DNA of 64,000 bases, taken from the NCBI GenBank assembly GCA_000004695.1, contig CM000150.2:3232001-3296000 (forward strand), written 5' to 3'. Numbering within the stretch: the first letter of the stretch is position 1; every line of letters starts with the position of its first letter. This document shows, one piece after another, positions 15,871 to 27,000 of the stretch. This stretch comes from Dictyostelium discoideum. Lineage: Eukaryota. A model generated the notes under the pieces. The model was not told the DNA's origin. It did no database searches and saw only the letters and a list, made by a program, of their open reading frames with translations. The translations under genes were made by a program, and so were the position numbers.

Positions 15871-16759
15871 ATGACAATAAAAAATGAAGAACAACAACAA
15901 CAAACAAATAAATTAAAATATCCAAAGAATTTATTATCATCAGGATTAGATGGTGAAGGTAATACATATATAAATATTGAAGATCTTTGGAAAAAGGAAT
16001 TAGAAGGTAAAGATAATAAAATGGAAGATAAATGGTATAAATCAGCAGATGAATATTGGAAAGGAGTAGAAGCAACCGTTGATGGTATGTTAGGTGGATT
16101 AGCACAAGTATCACCAATTGATGTTGTTGCCTCAAAAGTTTTCATTCAAGATTTTATTAAAGGTACTGATAGTCGTCCACCAATTAATTTGAATTTAGCA
16201 TTAGATTGTGGTGCTGGTATTGGTAGAGTTGCAAAAGAATTCCTTTTACCAATTGGTTTTAAAAATGTTGATTTAGTTGAACAAAATAAATTATTCTTAG
16301 ATAAAGCAAAATCTGATAATTTCAAAGAGTATCTAACTAATTTAAGAAAAAAAAAAAAAAAAAAAAAACAAATACTAATATATATATATATATATATTTA
16401 TTAGTGATAATAGAGTTGAAAATTATTATGCGGTTGGATTACAAGATTTTACATTTGAAAAAAAGTATGATTGTATTTGGATTCAATGGGTAATTGGACA
16501 TTTACATGATTTAGATTTTATAGAATTTTTAAAGAAATGTATGGATTCATTGACACCAAATGGTATCATTTGTATTAAAGATAATTGTGCTAAAAAAAGA
16601 TTTATAATGGATAAAGAAGATAACTCTGTATCAAGAACTGAAGATCACTTAAAATATCTTTTCGATCAAGCTGGTTGTAAATTATTAAAATCAATGGTAC
16701 AACCAAATTTTCCAAAAGAATTATTCCCAGTTTTAATGTTTGCTTTAGAAAGAAAATAA
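15871..16759 (+). CDS. Alpha N-terminal (Xaa-Pro-Lys) protein methyltransferase, an NTMT1/METTL11 homologue. Exons approx 15871..16328 and 16405..16759.
   Basis: ADEYWKGVEATVDGMLGG ... LDCGAGIGRV ... YDCIWIQWVIGHL matches the NTM1 family SAM-binding fold. One intron, GTATCT...TTATTAG, in phase 2. Confidence 0.75.
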
Positions 16760-16833
16760 TAAATAAATAAATAAATAATAAATAAATAAATAAATTTTAA
16801 ATTTATTTATTATTTTTTAATAATTTCAATTTT

Positions 16834-18465
16834 TTAATTTCTTTTATATACATTAATTTTAAATGAATTTGGTCTAATGTTTATACCAAAGTTTTCAGTA
16901 GTATCAATTGGTTCATTAGTTATTGGAGTTATTTTATAATTTAAAATGAAATTACTAACAAATAAGAATAATTCATGGTTTGCAATTTGTTGACCAACAC
17001 AATTTCTATTACCAATTGAAAATGGTATAAAAGATTCTATATTATTATCAAGGAAACGATTTGGGTTGAATTGATTTGGATTTTTATAGATTGATTCATC
17101 ATGATTTAATGCTCTATAGTTTATAACAACATGACTCCCTTTTGGTATGAAATGACCTTTAATAATTAAATCCTTTCCAACTACTCTTGGTATACCATAT
17201 GGAGTTATTGGTGTAATTCTCATTGATTCTTTGATTGTTGCATTTAAATATGGTGTTGATGAACGATCTGATAAATATATCCTATCTTCAACTCTACCAC
17301 AACTATCTACAATACTTTTTAATTCTTTAAAAATTAATTCTTGAACATCTTGATTATTTGCAATTCTTAATATAATCCATTCAATTCCTTTTGCAGCAGT
17401 ATCTGTACCTGCAACTAATAAATCTAATGAATTTGAAACAATTGATTTAACACTTTCTTTATCTTTGATTCCAACTTCTTTAATAAATGTATGTAATAAA
17501 TCATAATTTCTAAAAAGTTTTAAAAAAAAAAAATTATTAGAATAATAATAATAAAAAAATAAATTTTTTAAATATATATTTACTCTTCTTTTTCATTATC
17601 AATTGTTTTTAAATGTTCATAAAATTTTTTATATACATAATCTCTTGCTAATGGAACATTTGAATCTGTTAATTTTAAAAATAAAGAATAAATTGGTTTT
17701 AAGAAACTAATATAATCACCAATATGACCAACATCAGCCAAGACAAAAATATTTTCTAAACATGTACAAAACTGTCCCATTTTCTAAATTTTCATTATAT
17801 GATAATGGTTCATTGAAAATATAAGTCATCATAGTTGATAATGTAAATCTTGTGGCAAATAAACGAAAGTTTAATGGTTCACCACTTTCTGAAAATGGTT
17901 TAACTGATTGAATTAAATCATTGATTTGTTTATTTAATAATTCATAAACACTTTTAACAATACCTTTTTTCATAGCTTTTTGAATCATTTCTCTATTATT
18001 TACCCATTTTTCATTTGATAATAGTATACCATTTTGATTATCACTACAATGTGAAAATGATGGTGTAATTGGTCTTTCCAAGAATGAGTTATGATTCTTT
18101 ATAAATAATTCTTCAATTATTTTATAATCACTTACCATTATTGTTTTATTATCACCTAAATACACTCTAAAAATGTCACCATATTGTTTAACTAATTCGT
18201 GACATTTTATATGTGGTTTACTTGTAATTTGATGTAAATTTCCAATAATTGGTAAAGGAAAAGGTCCATTAACTTCAAATTTATTTTTTTTAATATATTT
18301 TTTATACTAAAATTTTTTTTTTTATTTTTTTTTTTTTTCCAGTTTAAAAAAATATTAATATTAATATGTTTTTTTAATTTTATTTTTTAAAATTTAAATT
18401 ATAATTACATTTGATTTAAATAAATAAAAAATTATTAAAAAAATAACAATATTAATTATATTCAT
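16834..18465 (-). CDS. Cytochrome P450. Exons on the minus strand approx 18465..18409, 18306..17584, 17509..16834. There is an apparent 1-nt frameshift near 17735-17780 in the middle exon.
   Basis: N-terminal membrane anchor MNIINIVIFLIIFYLFKSN; Pro-rich hinge NGPFPLPIIGNLHQI; I-helix AGTDTAAKGIEWII; EXXR region; haem-binding loop FSIGNRNCVGQQIA. ORFs 17734..18165 and 17580..17780 overlap in different frames. The middle exon is 723 nt where the splice phase requires 3n+2. Confidence 0.75.
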
Positions 18466-18823
18466 TTAAAAAATTATTATTTTATTTTAATTAAGTAGAA
18501 TTTTAATTTTTTGGAAAAAAAAAAAAAAAAATAATTTCGATAAAAACATCATCATTTTTAAAAATTTAAAAAATTTTAATCATTTCAAATAATAACCTAT
18601 TTAAATTTTATTTATTTTGATTTAATTTTTTTTTTTTTTTTTTAGTGTGTAGACTGACCACATTCACCACTGTTGAAAATGAGAAATAAACTGAAAAAAC
18701 AATTCAGTCTTTTTAAATTTTATTTTTATTCACATCATATTATTTTATATTATTATTAATATGCAAATTCACAAAAAAAGATATTTTTATTATTCTTATT
18801 ATTTATTATTCGTTATTTATTTA

Positions 18824-20752
18824 TTATTTATTATATTGCAAAATAAAATTTGTAAAAAAAAAGATTTTTTGGTTGAAATCAAATAAATTATTAATTAGTT
18901 TAATATTTTCAGAGTTAATTTTCCAAATTATAAAATTTTCTATTAATTGCGAAAGTTTACAAACCGAATCAACTAATAAGAATCGGTCGGAAAGAATTAA
19001 AGTGGATTTTAGTTGGTTCAAACCTAAATTTTTTAAAAATTCTAATTGAATGTCATTGGTTTGCATATAGATTAATTCTAATATAATTCGAAGCGATTCA
19101 GAGGTTAAATCAATGTCACATTCAAAGTTAATAACTCCATTAGTAGATTCTTCAAAAGATTCACATGTTAAAATCGTTTTAAAATATTCACTAGATTTAA
19201 TTAATATTTCTTTATGTGCTTTAAAAATTCTACCTTGAATAATTAATTGACAATTACTCGTATTTTCATCATTTAATAATTTAATTTCTTCTTCTTTATT
19301 ATTATTATCTTTATTTTTATTTCTAATTTTAATTTTTCTAATTAATTTTTTATTTTGTATTAAATTTGATTTTAATGATAAAATTGTTGATTTACTTTGA
19401 TTATATTGATGTTGAAATTTAGTGAATCTTTGCTGTTGTTGTTGTTGTTCTTCTTCTTCTTCAATTGATTTTAATAAAATTTCATTTCTTTGACCAGATA
19501 TTAATAGTAATTTACTTAATTCTTTAATGAATTTTAATTTTTCAATATTATTTTCAGTGAATGATATTGGTAATAATTCAATTTGAAATGTTAATAATTT
19601 AATACCATCAATTCTTAACTCTTTAAATAATCTAATTAATGAATAAACTTGAATATCGAATAACCATTGTAAAACTCTTTCATTATCCCATTTATGAATT
19701 TTTGATAATTTAATTTTTCTAATTAATTCAATTGATTCATCTTCTTCATTAAAATAATAAAAATTATTTAATTGATTAAATTTATTATTATTATTTTGTC
19801 TACAATCTTCAGAGTGATTATTATTATTATTATTATTATTATTATAAATATTATCTTGTTCTTCTTCTTCTTCTTCTTCTCCTTCCTCTTCTTCATCACC
19901 AATTAATTGATTTGTAATTGTAGATTTTTGTGATAAATTAAAATGAATAGTGAATGGATAATCATAAATTGGATCTGGATGTTGATTTGGATTTGTATTT
20001 GAAGTACCAAACTTTTTGAAATAATTTGATGATTTACATCTAAATAGTTGAGTTCTATCATTTTTATTATTTTCCATTACACATGCTAAGAAAAATCTAG
20101 TTACATTATTGTTATTATTATTTTTATTATTTAATTTTAAATAATCAGTTAAATCTAATTTTTTATCGAAATGAATTGGTGTAGTTGGTAAATTTAATGG
20201 TAATAATGTAAAATTAAGTTGATCGGTAATTATTGAATAAACTTCATGTGAATCCATTCTTTTAAATGATTCTTTTAATATTGCTTCATTTGATTTTGTA
20301 CTGATATACCAATTAATGATAGAATTTGGATCGAATGTCATGAATAACATATTTATAAATAGATTGGTTATTTCTAATCTTGGGTCGAATTCCCATGACC
20401 AAATTGCAATTCCTCTACTATGATTATCTCTACCAATATAGCACATCTCCCAACCAGTTTCATATTTATATTTTAAATTTGAACTATATAAATATTGATT
20501 TTTTATTATTATTATTGCTTTTTCATCATGTTCTTCTTTTTCTTTTTCTTCTTTTTCTTTCTTTTTATTTTTAATCGATTTATATTGATTTGATTTTGTG
20601 TCATAACTAAATTCATGATATGAAATTGGTCTTTTAAATTCTATTTCTTTTGCTGTTAAATTATCTATATCAATTTCTAACATATATAATGGTACAATAT
20701 CTTTATTATTTATTTTTACTTTATATTCTAAATCATTTTTTATAACTTCCAT
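18824..20752 (-). CDS. BTB/POZ-domain protein, paralogue 1. Single exon, about 642 aa from the ATG at 20752. It has a distinctive N-terminal domain and a C-terminal BTB.
   Basis: C-terminal BTB: CQLIIQGRIFKAHKEILIKSSEYFKTIL...LRIILELIYMQ. N-terminal region: GWEMCYIGRDNHSRGIAIWSWEFDPRLEITNLFINMLFMTFDPNS. The central part contains poly-E and poly-N tracts. The ORF-track start at 20851 is a low-complexity leader. Confidence 0.65.
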   Translation of the reverse strand: MEVIKNDLEYKVKINNKDIVPLYMLEIDIDNLTAKEIEFKRPISYHEFSYDTKSNQYKSIKNKKKEKEEKEKEEHDEKAIIIIKNQYLYSSNLKYKYETGWEMCYIGRDNHSRGIAIWSWEFDPRLEITNLFINMLFMTFDPNSIINWYISTKSNEAILKESFKRMDSHEVYSIITDQLNFTLLPLNLPTTPIHFDKKLDLTDYLKLNNKNNNNNNVTRFFLACVMENNKNDRTQLFRCKSSNYFKKFGTSNTNPNQHPDPIYDYPFTIHFNLSQKSTITNQLIGDEEEEGEEEEEEEQDNIYNNNNNNNNNHSEDCRQNNNNKFNQLNNFYYFNEEDESIELIRKIKLSKIHKWDNERVLQWLFDIQVYSLIRLFKELRIDGIKLLTFQIELLPISFTENNIEKLKFIKELSKLLLISGQRNEILLKSIEEEEEQQQQQQRFTKFQHQYNQSKSTILSLKSNLIQNKKLIRKIKIRNKNKDNNNKEEEIKLLNDENTSNCQLIIQGRIFKAHKEILIKSSEYFKTILTCESFEESTNGVINFECDIDLTSESLRIILELIYMQTNDIQLEFLKNLGLNQLKSTLILSDRFLLVDSVCKLSQLIENFIIWKINSENIKLINNLFDFNQKIFFFTNFILQYNK

Positions 20753-21075
20753 TTTTTTTTTTTTTAAAAAAATAAAAATAAAAATAAAAAAAAAAATAAA
20801 AAAAATACAACAAAAATAAAAAAAAAAAAAAAATAAACAAAAAAAAAACAAAAAAATAATAAAAATATTAGTTATAAGGTTATTTTAAATCCAAAAAAAA
20901 AAAAAAATAAAAAAAAAAAAATAAAAATAAAAACAAAAATAAAAATTAAAATAATAACTTTAAGATATTTTTTAGATATTTATTTTATTTATTTATTTGT
21001 TTGTTTGTTTTTAATTTTTTAAATTATTTTGATTTTTTTGATTTTTGGTTTTAATTAATTAAAAAAAAATATTAT

Positions 21076-22144
21076 CTAATCAACATTTTCAAATATAAAT
21101 CTTTCAAACAATTTCAATAATTTACAGAATGATAAATGTTGACATATATAGATTGTGTAGGTGATTCGTTCTGGTGAAATCGATTTGAAATTTTCATAAC
21201 TTAAACTTTCATAGCTTGTAAAATAAACCAATTTCAATACATATTCTAGTGACTCATAATTTAAATAACCTTCTTCAACCAATTCCCATTCTGTACGATT
21301 AACTGAAAATATATTTTTAAAAAAATCTGAATTCTTTGATAATACTTCTTTGTGTACCTCTAATATTTTTTTATCAATTATTAACTCGAAATCGATTTCT
21401 CACCATTGATTGATAATTTATTATTATTATTATTGACGTTGATACTGAGACTATTATCAAAATTAATTTGTTGAAAATGTTGAGGTGGTAATGATTGAAC
21501 TGGGGAAGAATCAAATAAACAAAAAATATTACTATTACTATTAGAATTACTATTACAATTGTTATTATTATTTATTACCAAAGACTGTTTATTTGTTAAT
21601 ACCCAATTGCTTGATGATGTATTACTATTTTCAATTGATTTTACACTGATATCTTTTTTAATAAAACAAAATGATTCTTTATTTGAACTATTATTTTGAT
21701 TGTTATTATCATTATCACTATTACTATTATCACTATTATTACTATTATTGATTTGAAAATTTTCACAAAGTTTGAAAGTACAATTAAAAGTATTATTGTC
21801 TTGATTTGAACCAAATTCATTAAAATTTCCACCATTCATTATACATACTATACATAATTTACCAAAACCAATTGTATATTCACTTAAATCCATCTCTAAA
21901 TTGAATATGCTACCAAGTATTTTATCTATTGGTAATTTGTAGAAATTCCTCTTTACATATTCTGTAACATTTTTGTCTTTATTACCCTTAAAAAATTCAT
22001 TTCCAATGTAAAGATCTATACCTTTTTCTGTTGAATCCAATGAAAAACTAAATTGAGTTAAGCATCTTGTTATCACTACATTTTTACCAAATTCCCATGA
22101 CCAAATACAAAGACCATTATCATTCTTGTCAAAATAACACCTAA

Positions 22145-22181
<37 letters not shown>

Positions 22182-22603
22182 TTAATAAAAATTGAAATTA
22201 ATAATTTTTAAATAAATAAATTTATACAATACTTTTTATGAAAATGAACATTATCACAATAATATAATTGATTATTTAAAATTGTTTCATTTTTATTACA
22301 AATTTTAATTAATTTATTTTTATTAAATTTTGGTTCATAGCATATTTGATGGTATGAATAATGATTTTTATTTTTATTTATATTATTTATTATTGAATTT
22401 TTATTATTATTTTTATTATTATAATTTATTAAATTTTTATTTTTATTATTATTATTTTTAAAATCTGATTCAATATTTAATTTTATTTTATCAAATTGAT
22501 TTAATATTAAACTGGGTATATTATTATTTTCCTCCCCTAATTTTATATTATTACTGTTATTAATATTATCTGTATTATCACTATTTAATGAAAAAGATGC
22601 CAT
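21076..22603 (-). CDS. BTB/POZ-domain protein, paralogue 2. Exon 1 is 22603..~22237; the intron is ~22236..22147; exon 2 runs ~22146 down to 21076. A 2-nt frame offset (or less likely a 44-nt micro-intron) sits at ~21385-21400, at the junction between the N-domain and the BTB.
   Basis: N-domain: RCYFDKNDNGLCIWSWEFGKNVVITRCLTQFSFSLDSTEKGIDLYIGNEFF, paralogous to 18824..20752. BTB: EIDFELIIDKKILEVHKEVLSKNSDFFKNIF...YVLKLVYF. Removing the 2 nt at ...AATG|GT|GAGAAATC joins the frames as ...SINENEIDFE.... Confidence 0.55.
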
Positions 22604-23199
22604 TTTTTTTTTTTTTTTTTTTAAAGGCAATGTATATTTATATTATAATTATTATTTGTAAATAAAAATAGGGGAAATAAAAAAGTTTAAATATATAAAA
22701 AAAAAAAAATAAAAAATATTTATAGGCTTCATAATAATAAATTTTAAAAAAAAATAAAATTTTTTAATTTGGATCAATAGATGAATTATGTTAAAATTTC
22801 CTAAAATAAACATCCATCATTTTCCTTTTTTTTAAAGAAAAATATTTTGTTTTTTTTTTTTTTTTTTTTTTTTTTTTTGGATATTTAATAATAAGATTTT
22901 ATCTGGGGGTCATTGATGATTGTTTATTTTAGGAGACTTTATAATAAAAAATGAAAATCTCTTAGCTGATTGGTTATATCCAATTTTTTATTAATTTTTT
23001 TTTTTTTTTTCCTAAATATTTTTTTTTTTTTATTTTTTTTTTTTTATATATAAAGTTTATTTAAAAGATTAGCATTACATTTTATTATTTAATTTGATTA
23101 TGTGTTGTATATGTATTTTTTGATATATTTTTATTTATTTTAAAATTGTTGAATTAATTTAGTTCCATCATTGCCTTGTTTAAAAAAAAAAATTTTAAA

Positions 23200-24294
23200 G
23201 GGTTGAGTATAATTTTAATGTTTGCTCTTGATGACGTGAGGGGTGAGCAGTGAATGTGTAGAATTTTTTTTTTTTTTTTTAGTTTTCATATTGAACAAAT
23301 AATAAATTTTTTTTTTTTCAAAGTTATTTGATCTGAATTTGTTGGAAATATGTAAATTTTTTTTTTTTTTTTTTTTTTTTTTATTCAGTTTTGATGATAT
23401 TTAAAATTAAATGTATGAATAATAGTTTTTTTATAATATCAACTAATCAATGTTTATTCATTAAAGGATATAAATAATAGTTTGTTTTGTTTTTTAAGTA
23501 CCAGCTAATATTTTAAAAATTAAATAAAGAAATTAAGAATGAGGGTTTTTCGCTTTACAATTGATTGCGGATCAAACCCACATGTTATGAATTATTAATT
23601 CCATTGTGTTTCTATATGCCAAGGTTCTGTTAAAATGAAATTTTTTTTTTTTTTTTTTTTTGATATTAATTATTAATAATTATATTATTTAGAGTTAAAT
23701 AAATTGATCCACAATTACTCTATTTGGTAGGCTGTGTTTGGTATACTGTATTCGTTGATATTTTGATATTTAATATTTTTAATTTGTTTGATGTATTCTC
23801 ATTTACAAATTGAAAGTGTTCCTCTTGACTACATATATAAAGTAAAATTTTTTAATTTATTTATGTAGTTCAAGGTTGCAGATTTATACCATTTTTTGAG
23901 AACAATATCGTAGTTTAATATAGCGTCTTGAATTTTGTAATCACTGTAGAGTTGATGATAAAATCATATCTGATGTAATATCAAAGGAACTCACAATTAA
24001 TATTATATTAATGCTGTAAAGCATGAATCAAAACTAACTTTTTTATTTCATTTTTTCAGTTTTTATAATTTTTAAGTTTTCCTTATTTCCGACCATAAAG
24101 CTTTTAACAAACACTAAAATATATAAAATTAAATAAATTAATTATTATTTTAATTATTATTGTTCAATTGTTAATTATTATTCTTATTGACATTCCTATT
24201 ATTAATTTTTTTTTTTTTTAGATATTAATTAATTAGTTACTTGATCTTTATTTAGATCTTTAGTTATAATAAGTGTTTATTTTGGTTTTATGTG

Positions 24295-24328
<34 letters not shown>

Positions 24329-24700
24329 TTGTTTTACATAAATTGATCTACAAAAATTTTGTTACTGTATCCCAAGTAATCATTAGCATTCGGATTATAT
24401 TTTTAATGTATTCGTTTTAGTTGTGGATTAACTGAGGATCTTTAATCAAAGATATTTTAAAGTTTTTGATTTTATAGATGTAATCTAGCGTGGCTGATTT
24501 GTACCATTTGGTAGTCTAATTCTTCATTTTGAACTTTGATGTCACTGTATAGTTGATTGCAAATCCAGATCCAGACTTGATGTAGTATTAGTGCTATAAT
24601 GTTTTTATATGAAAATGATTTGGAGAGATCATAGTTTGTTTGGTGTTATAAAGCAATTAAGTGAGGTTTATGAATATTATTAATTTTATGATTATTAAAA
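23200..24700. repeat. Moderately GC-rich, non-coding modular repeat block downstream of the tRNA. It contains two diverged direct repeat units (about 23840..24060 and 24440..24680) and poly-T runs at 23266, 23350 and 23641. It may be a TRE3-type or other tRNA-associated element remnant.
   Basis: Repeat units share cagatttataccatttt.../ctgatttgtaccattt... and cttgaattttgtaatcactgtagagttgatg/cattttgaactttgatgtcactgtatagttgattg. There are no ORFs. The block ends about 100 bp from the tRNA 3' end, the distance at which Dictyostelium TRE3 elements are known to insert. Element identity is not established. Confidence 0.35.
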
Positions 24701-24789
24701 ACTTATTAATATTAAACAATGTAATTCATTTCAAAATCTCGAATGTGGATTTTGGGTAATCGATCCAACGATCTATCATTCGCCTTGCA

Positions 24790-24804
24790 AAAAAAAAAAA
24801 AAAT
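24790..24804 (-). terminator. Pol III terminator: an oligo-T run on the tRNA strand immediately 3' of the tRNA.
   Basis: The plus strand shows an A14-15 run directly abutting the tRNA 3' end, which is T14-15 on the minus strand. Confidence 0.6.
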
Positions 24805-24877
24805 TGCTCGATGCAGGGATCGAACCTGCGACCGTGGCGTTATTAGCACCACGCTCTGCCGACTGAGCTAATCGAGC
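24805..24877 (-). tRNA. tRNA-Ile, anticodon AAU.
   Basis: The reverse complement reads GCTCGAT-TA-GCTCAGTCGGCAGAGC-G-TGGTG-CTAATAA-CGCCA-CGGTC-GCAGG-TTCGATC-CCTGC-ATCGAGC-A. All stems pair in a canonical cloverleaf, A and B boxes are present, and the anticodon loop is CU-AAU-AA. Confidence 0.9.
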
Positions 24878-24927
24878 CATTTTGATATTTTAGAAATAAA
24901 GTTACTCTATAAAATTAATAAATAAAA

Positions 24928-25757
24928 AGAAAGGAGCAGAAGAGACTATGAAATTGGAGGCCTGCAACTCTGGAATATGGCAACCAGATCCAATGCCCAG
25001 AAAGCATGGATATACGAACAATACCTCAGAGAAAAAGACGACCAGAACTGCCCTCCACATATGAAAGCCTGGAAGTTGTTGCACCACCCAAGAGAGCGAA
25101 TTACTCTCAAACTAAACCAAGTCAAACCCAAATACAAAAACAAACAAAAATTAAAAGTAATCTATAGAAACATGATGGATATCAAATACAAGGGATGGAA
25201 CAAACACCAGCCAACAACAGGTCAAAAACTGATTCAAAAGAACATTAATCACCCAACTCTACCATTTAGAGAAGCCAGATCAATAACAACTATCAAAGGA
25301 AGAGACTTAGCATGGAGGTATCTACTCAAGGCACTTCCAAAACACCATGTGGAGAATTGCCACTCATGTAAAGAAGAAGAGTCGTCTATGCACATCTTCT
25401 TCGAATGCAAATCAATAAAACAGGATATCGACTCAATCTATCAAAAGGTCTGTAAAGACTCTAACAACACTTACCACGGTCCATGGAGCGAAAAAGTTCT
25501 CGGAAAACTACTCACACCATTCTCATCAAATCTGATAGGAGCCATTATGGAATCGATATGGTACAGAAGAAACCAAATAAAATTCAACGATAACACTACA
25601 ATAATAACAGAGAACCAAATAATTCATAAAATCAAAGGCTTTCCAGCATTTGATGTGAATCCTTGATAGTGAGTTTTCTTTTTCCGACTTCCAGACTTCC
25701 ATATGTGGAGGGCAGTTCTGGTCGTCTTTTTCTCTGAGGTATATAACACCAACTACT

Positions 25758-25797
<40 letters not shown>
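24928..25797 (+). mobile_element. 5'-truncated TRE5-type (tRNA-gene-targeted, non-LTR/LINE-like) retrotransposon fragment. It comprises the ORF2 C-terminal region, a 3' UTR and an A27 tail.
   Basis: GC-normal sequence begins about 50 bp upstream of the tRNA 5' end, the characteristic TRE5 distance, and is oriented away from the tRNA. The ORF 24932..25666 carries a CCHC-like HIFFECKSIKQD...C zinc-knuckle tail typical of LINE ORF2 C-termini. The element ends in A27 at 25771..25797. Subfamily (A, B or C) not determined. Confidence 0.65.
24932..25666 (+). CDS. Truncated retroelement ORF2 C-terminal fragment of about 245 aa (no RT core present).
   Basis: The frame opens at the truncation point at about 24930, with the first ATG at 24977. 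Sequence: ...HHVENCHSCKEEESSMHIFFECKSIKQDIDSIYQKVC... The stop is at 25666. Confidence 0.55.
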   Translation, partial: RSRRDYEIGGLQLWNMATRSNAQKAWIYEQYLREKDDQNCPPHMKAWKLLHHPRERITLKLNQVKPKYKNKQKLKVIYRNMMDIKYKGWNKHQPTTGQKLIQKNINHPTLPFREARSITTIKGRDLAWRYLLKALPKHHVENCHSCKEEESSMHIFFECKSIKQDIDSIYQKVCKDSNNTYHGPWSEKVLGKLLTPFSSNLIGAIMESIWYRRNQIKFNDNTTIITENQIIHKIKGFPAFDVNP

Positions 25798-25800
<3 letters not shown>

Positions 25801-26879
25801 ATAACAATAATAATAATAATATAATAATAATAATAATATAATAATAATAATAATAAAAAAATAAGAATAAAATAAAAAAAAAAAAAATATAAAAAAAAAA
25901 AAAAACTACAAATAAACTCTCCTAGAACACACTCAAATTGAGTGATGTTATTAAAAAAAAAAAATTAATAGATATTAAATATGCATATTACATTACTAAT
26001 TATAGTTGACACACATTTAAATAATATAATAATAATAATAATAATAATACTGTCAGCTCATTATGAATAATATAAATACTAAAGAATAATTTTATAAACA
26101 ATATTGAATATTATAAATATAAATTAATATTAAATAAAGATAACAAGGTATTATTCAATTATATAATTATTAATTATATATATTTATAAAGCTAACAAGC
26201 TTTATTACATTTTGGTCAGTTTTTGCTTAAAAATTTCCGCGACAGCATTTCCAATTAAAAAAAAAACTTCTGTGTATTCTAAAAAACTAACCCTTTCAGA
26301 GGCCCTGTAAATACATTACAAATAAAAGAGATATAGCGTCTCAAGGAGAAGCAACTAACAATTGCGCTATTCAATTAAAAAAAAAAAAAAAAAAAAAAAA
26401 GTCCTTATATTGAATTTTTATATTTAAATGATTCATAAAAAGCTCCATAAATTTTTAAAACCTTTGTTTTTTTTTTTTTGTTAACTGCAATCTTTTTAAA
26501 AGTTGTTATTAAAAAAAGATTAACACTTTATATTCATAGAATTCGATTCGTTATTGTTTTTTTAATATTAAATAAAAATGATTAATTTAATATAAAAAAA
26601 AATTTATAGCAAAAAAAAAAAAAAAAAAAAAAAAAAGAAACTACTACGAAAGTTGTTTTCATTCTTTTATTTAAATAATAATTGAGCTGAACTTAATTTC
26701 TTTATACTAAAATTTATAAAATAATTTGCTTTGTTGATATTTTGATAAAATTATTCCTAAAAAATTCTATTCTTTTAAAATTCGAAGAACATTACCTCAA
26801 TAAATAAGAAATCGCTACAAGAATCTTGAAAATATAAGAAAATTTAATCTCGATCGTTTTTTTAAAAAAGAAAAAAAAA

Positions 26880-27000
26880 ACCAACTTATCAAAAAAAAAA
26901 ATAAAAAAACTGGTATGAATCGAGAAAATGAAAAAAAAAAAAAACTGGTGTGGATTGAGAAAATGAAAAAAAAAAAACTGGTATGAATCGAGAAAATGAA
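26880..27000. repeat. Three tandem copies of a ~38-bp unit, ctggtatgaatcgagaaaatgaaaaaaaaaaaa.
   Basis: Direct inspection shows units at about 26901, 26942 and 26980; the middle copy is variant (ctggtgtggattgag). Confidence 0.6.

Noticed and set aside
21354-21397. A 44-nt GTGAGA...TTAG micro-intron that would rejoin the two frames of BTB paralogue 2.
   Set aside because: It is shorter and more GC-rich than any other intron in the window, and it would delete the first beta-strand of the BTB domain. A 2-nt frameshift is the simpler explanation. I kept it only as an alternative.
24690-24790. Possible external B-box (ggtaatcgatccaacg) downstream of the tRNA.
   Set aside because: The match to the B-box consensus GGTTCGANNCC is poor on either strand. 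I cannot support it from sequence alone.
24902-25143. Minus-strand ORFs 24902..25087 and 24946..25143 overlapping the TRE5 fragment.
   Set aside because: Antisense of the retroelement ORF2 tail. They are not independent genes.
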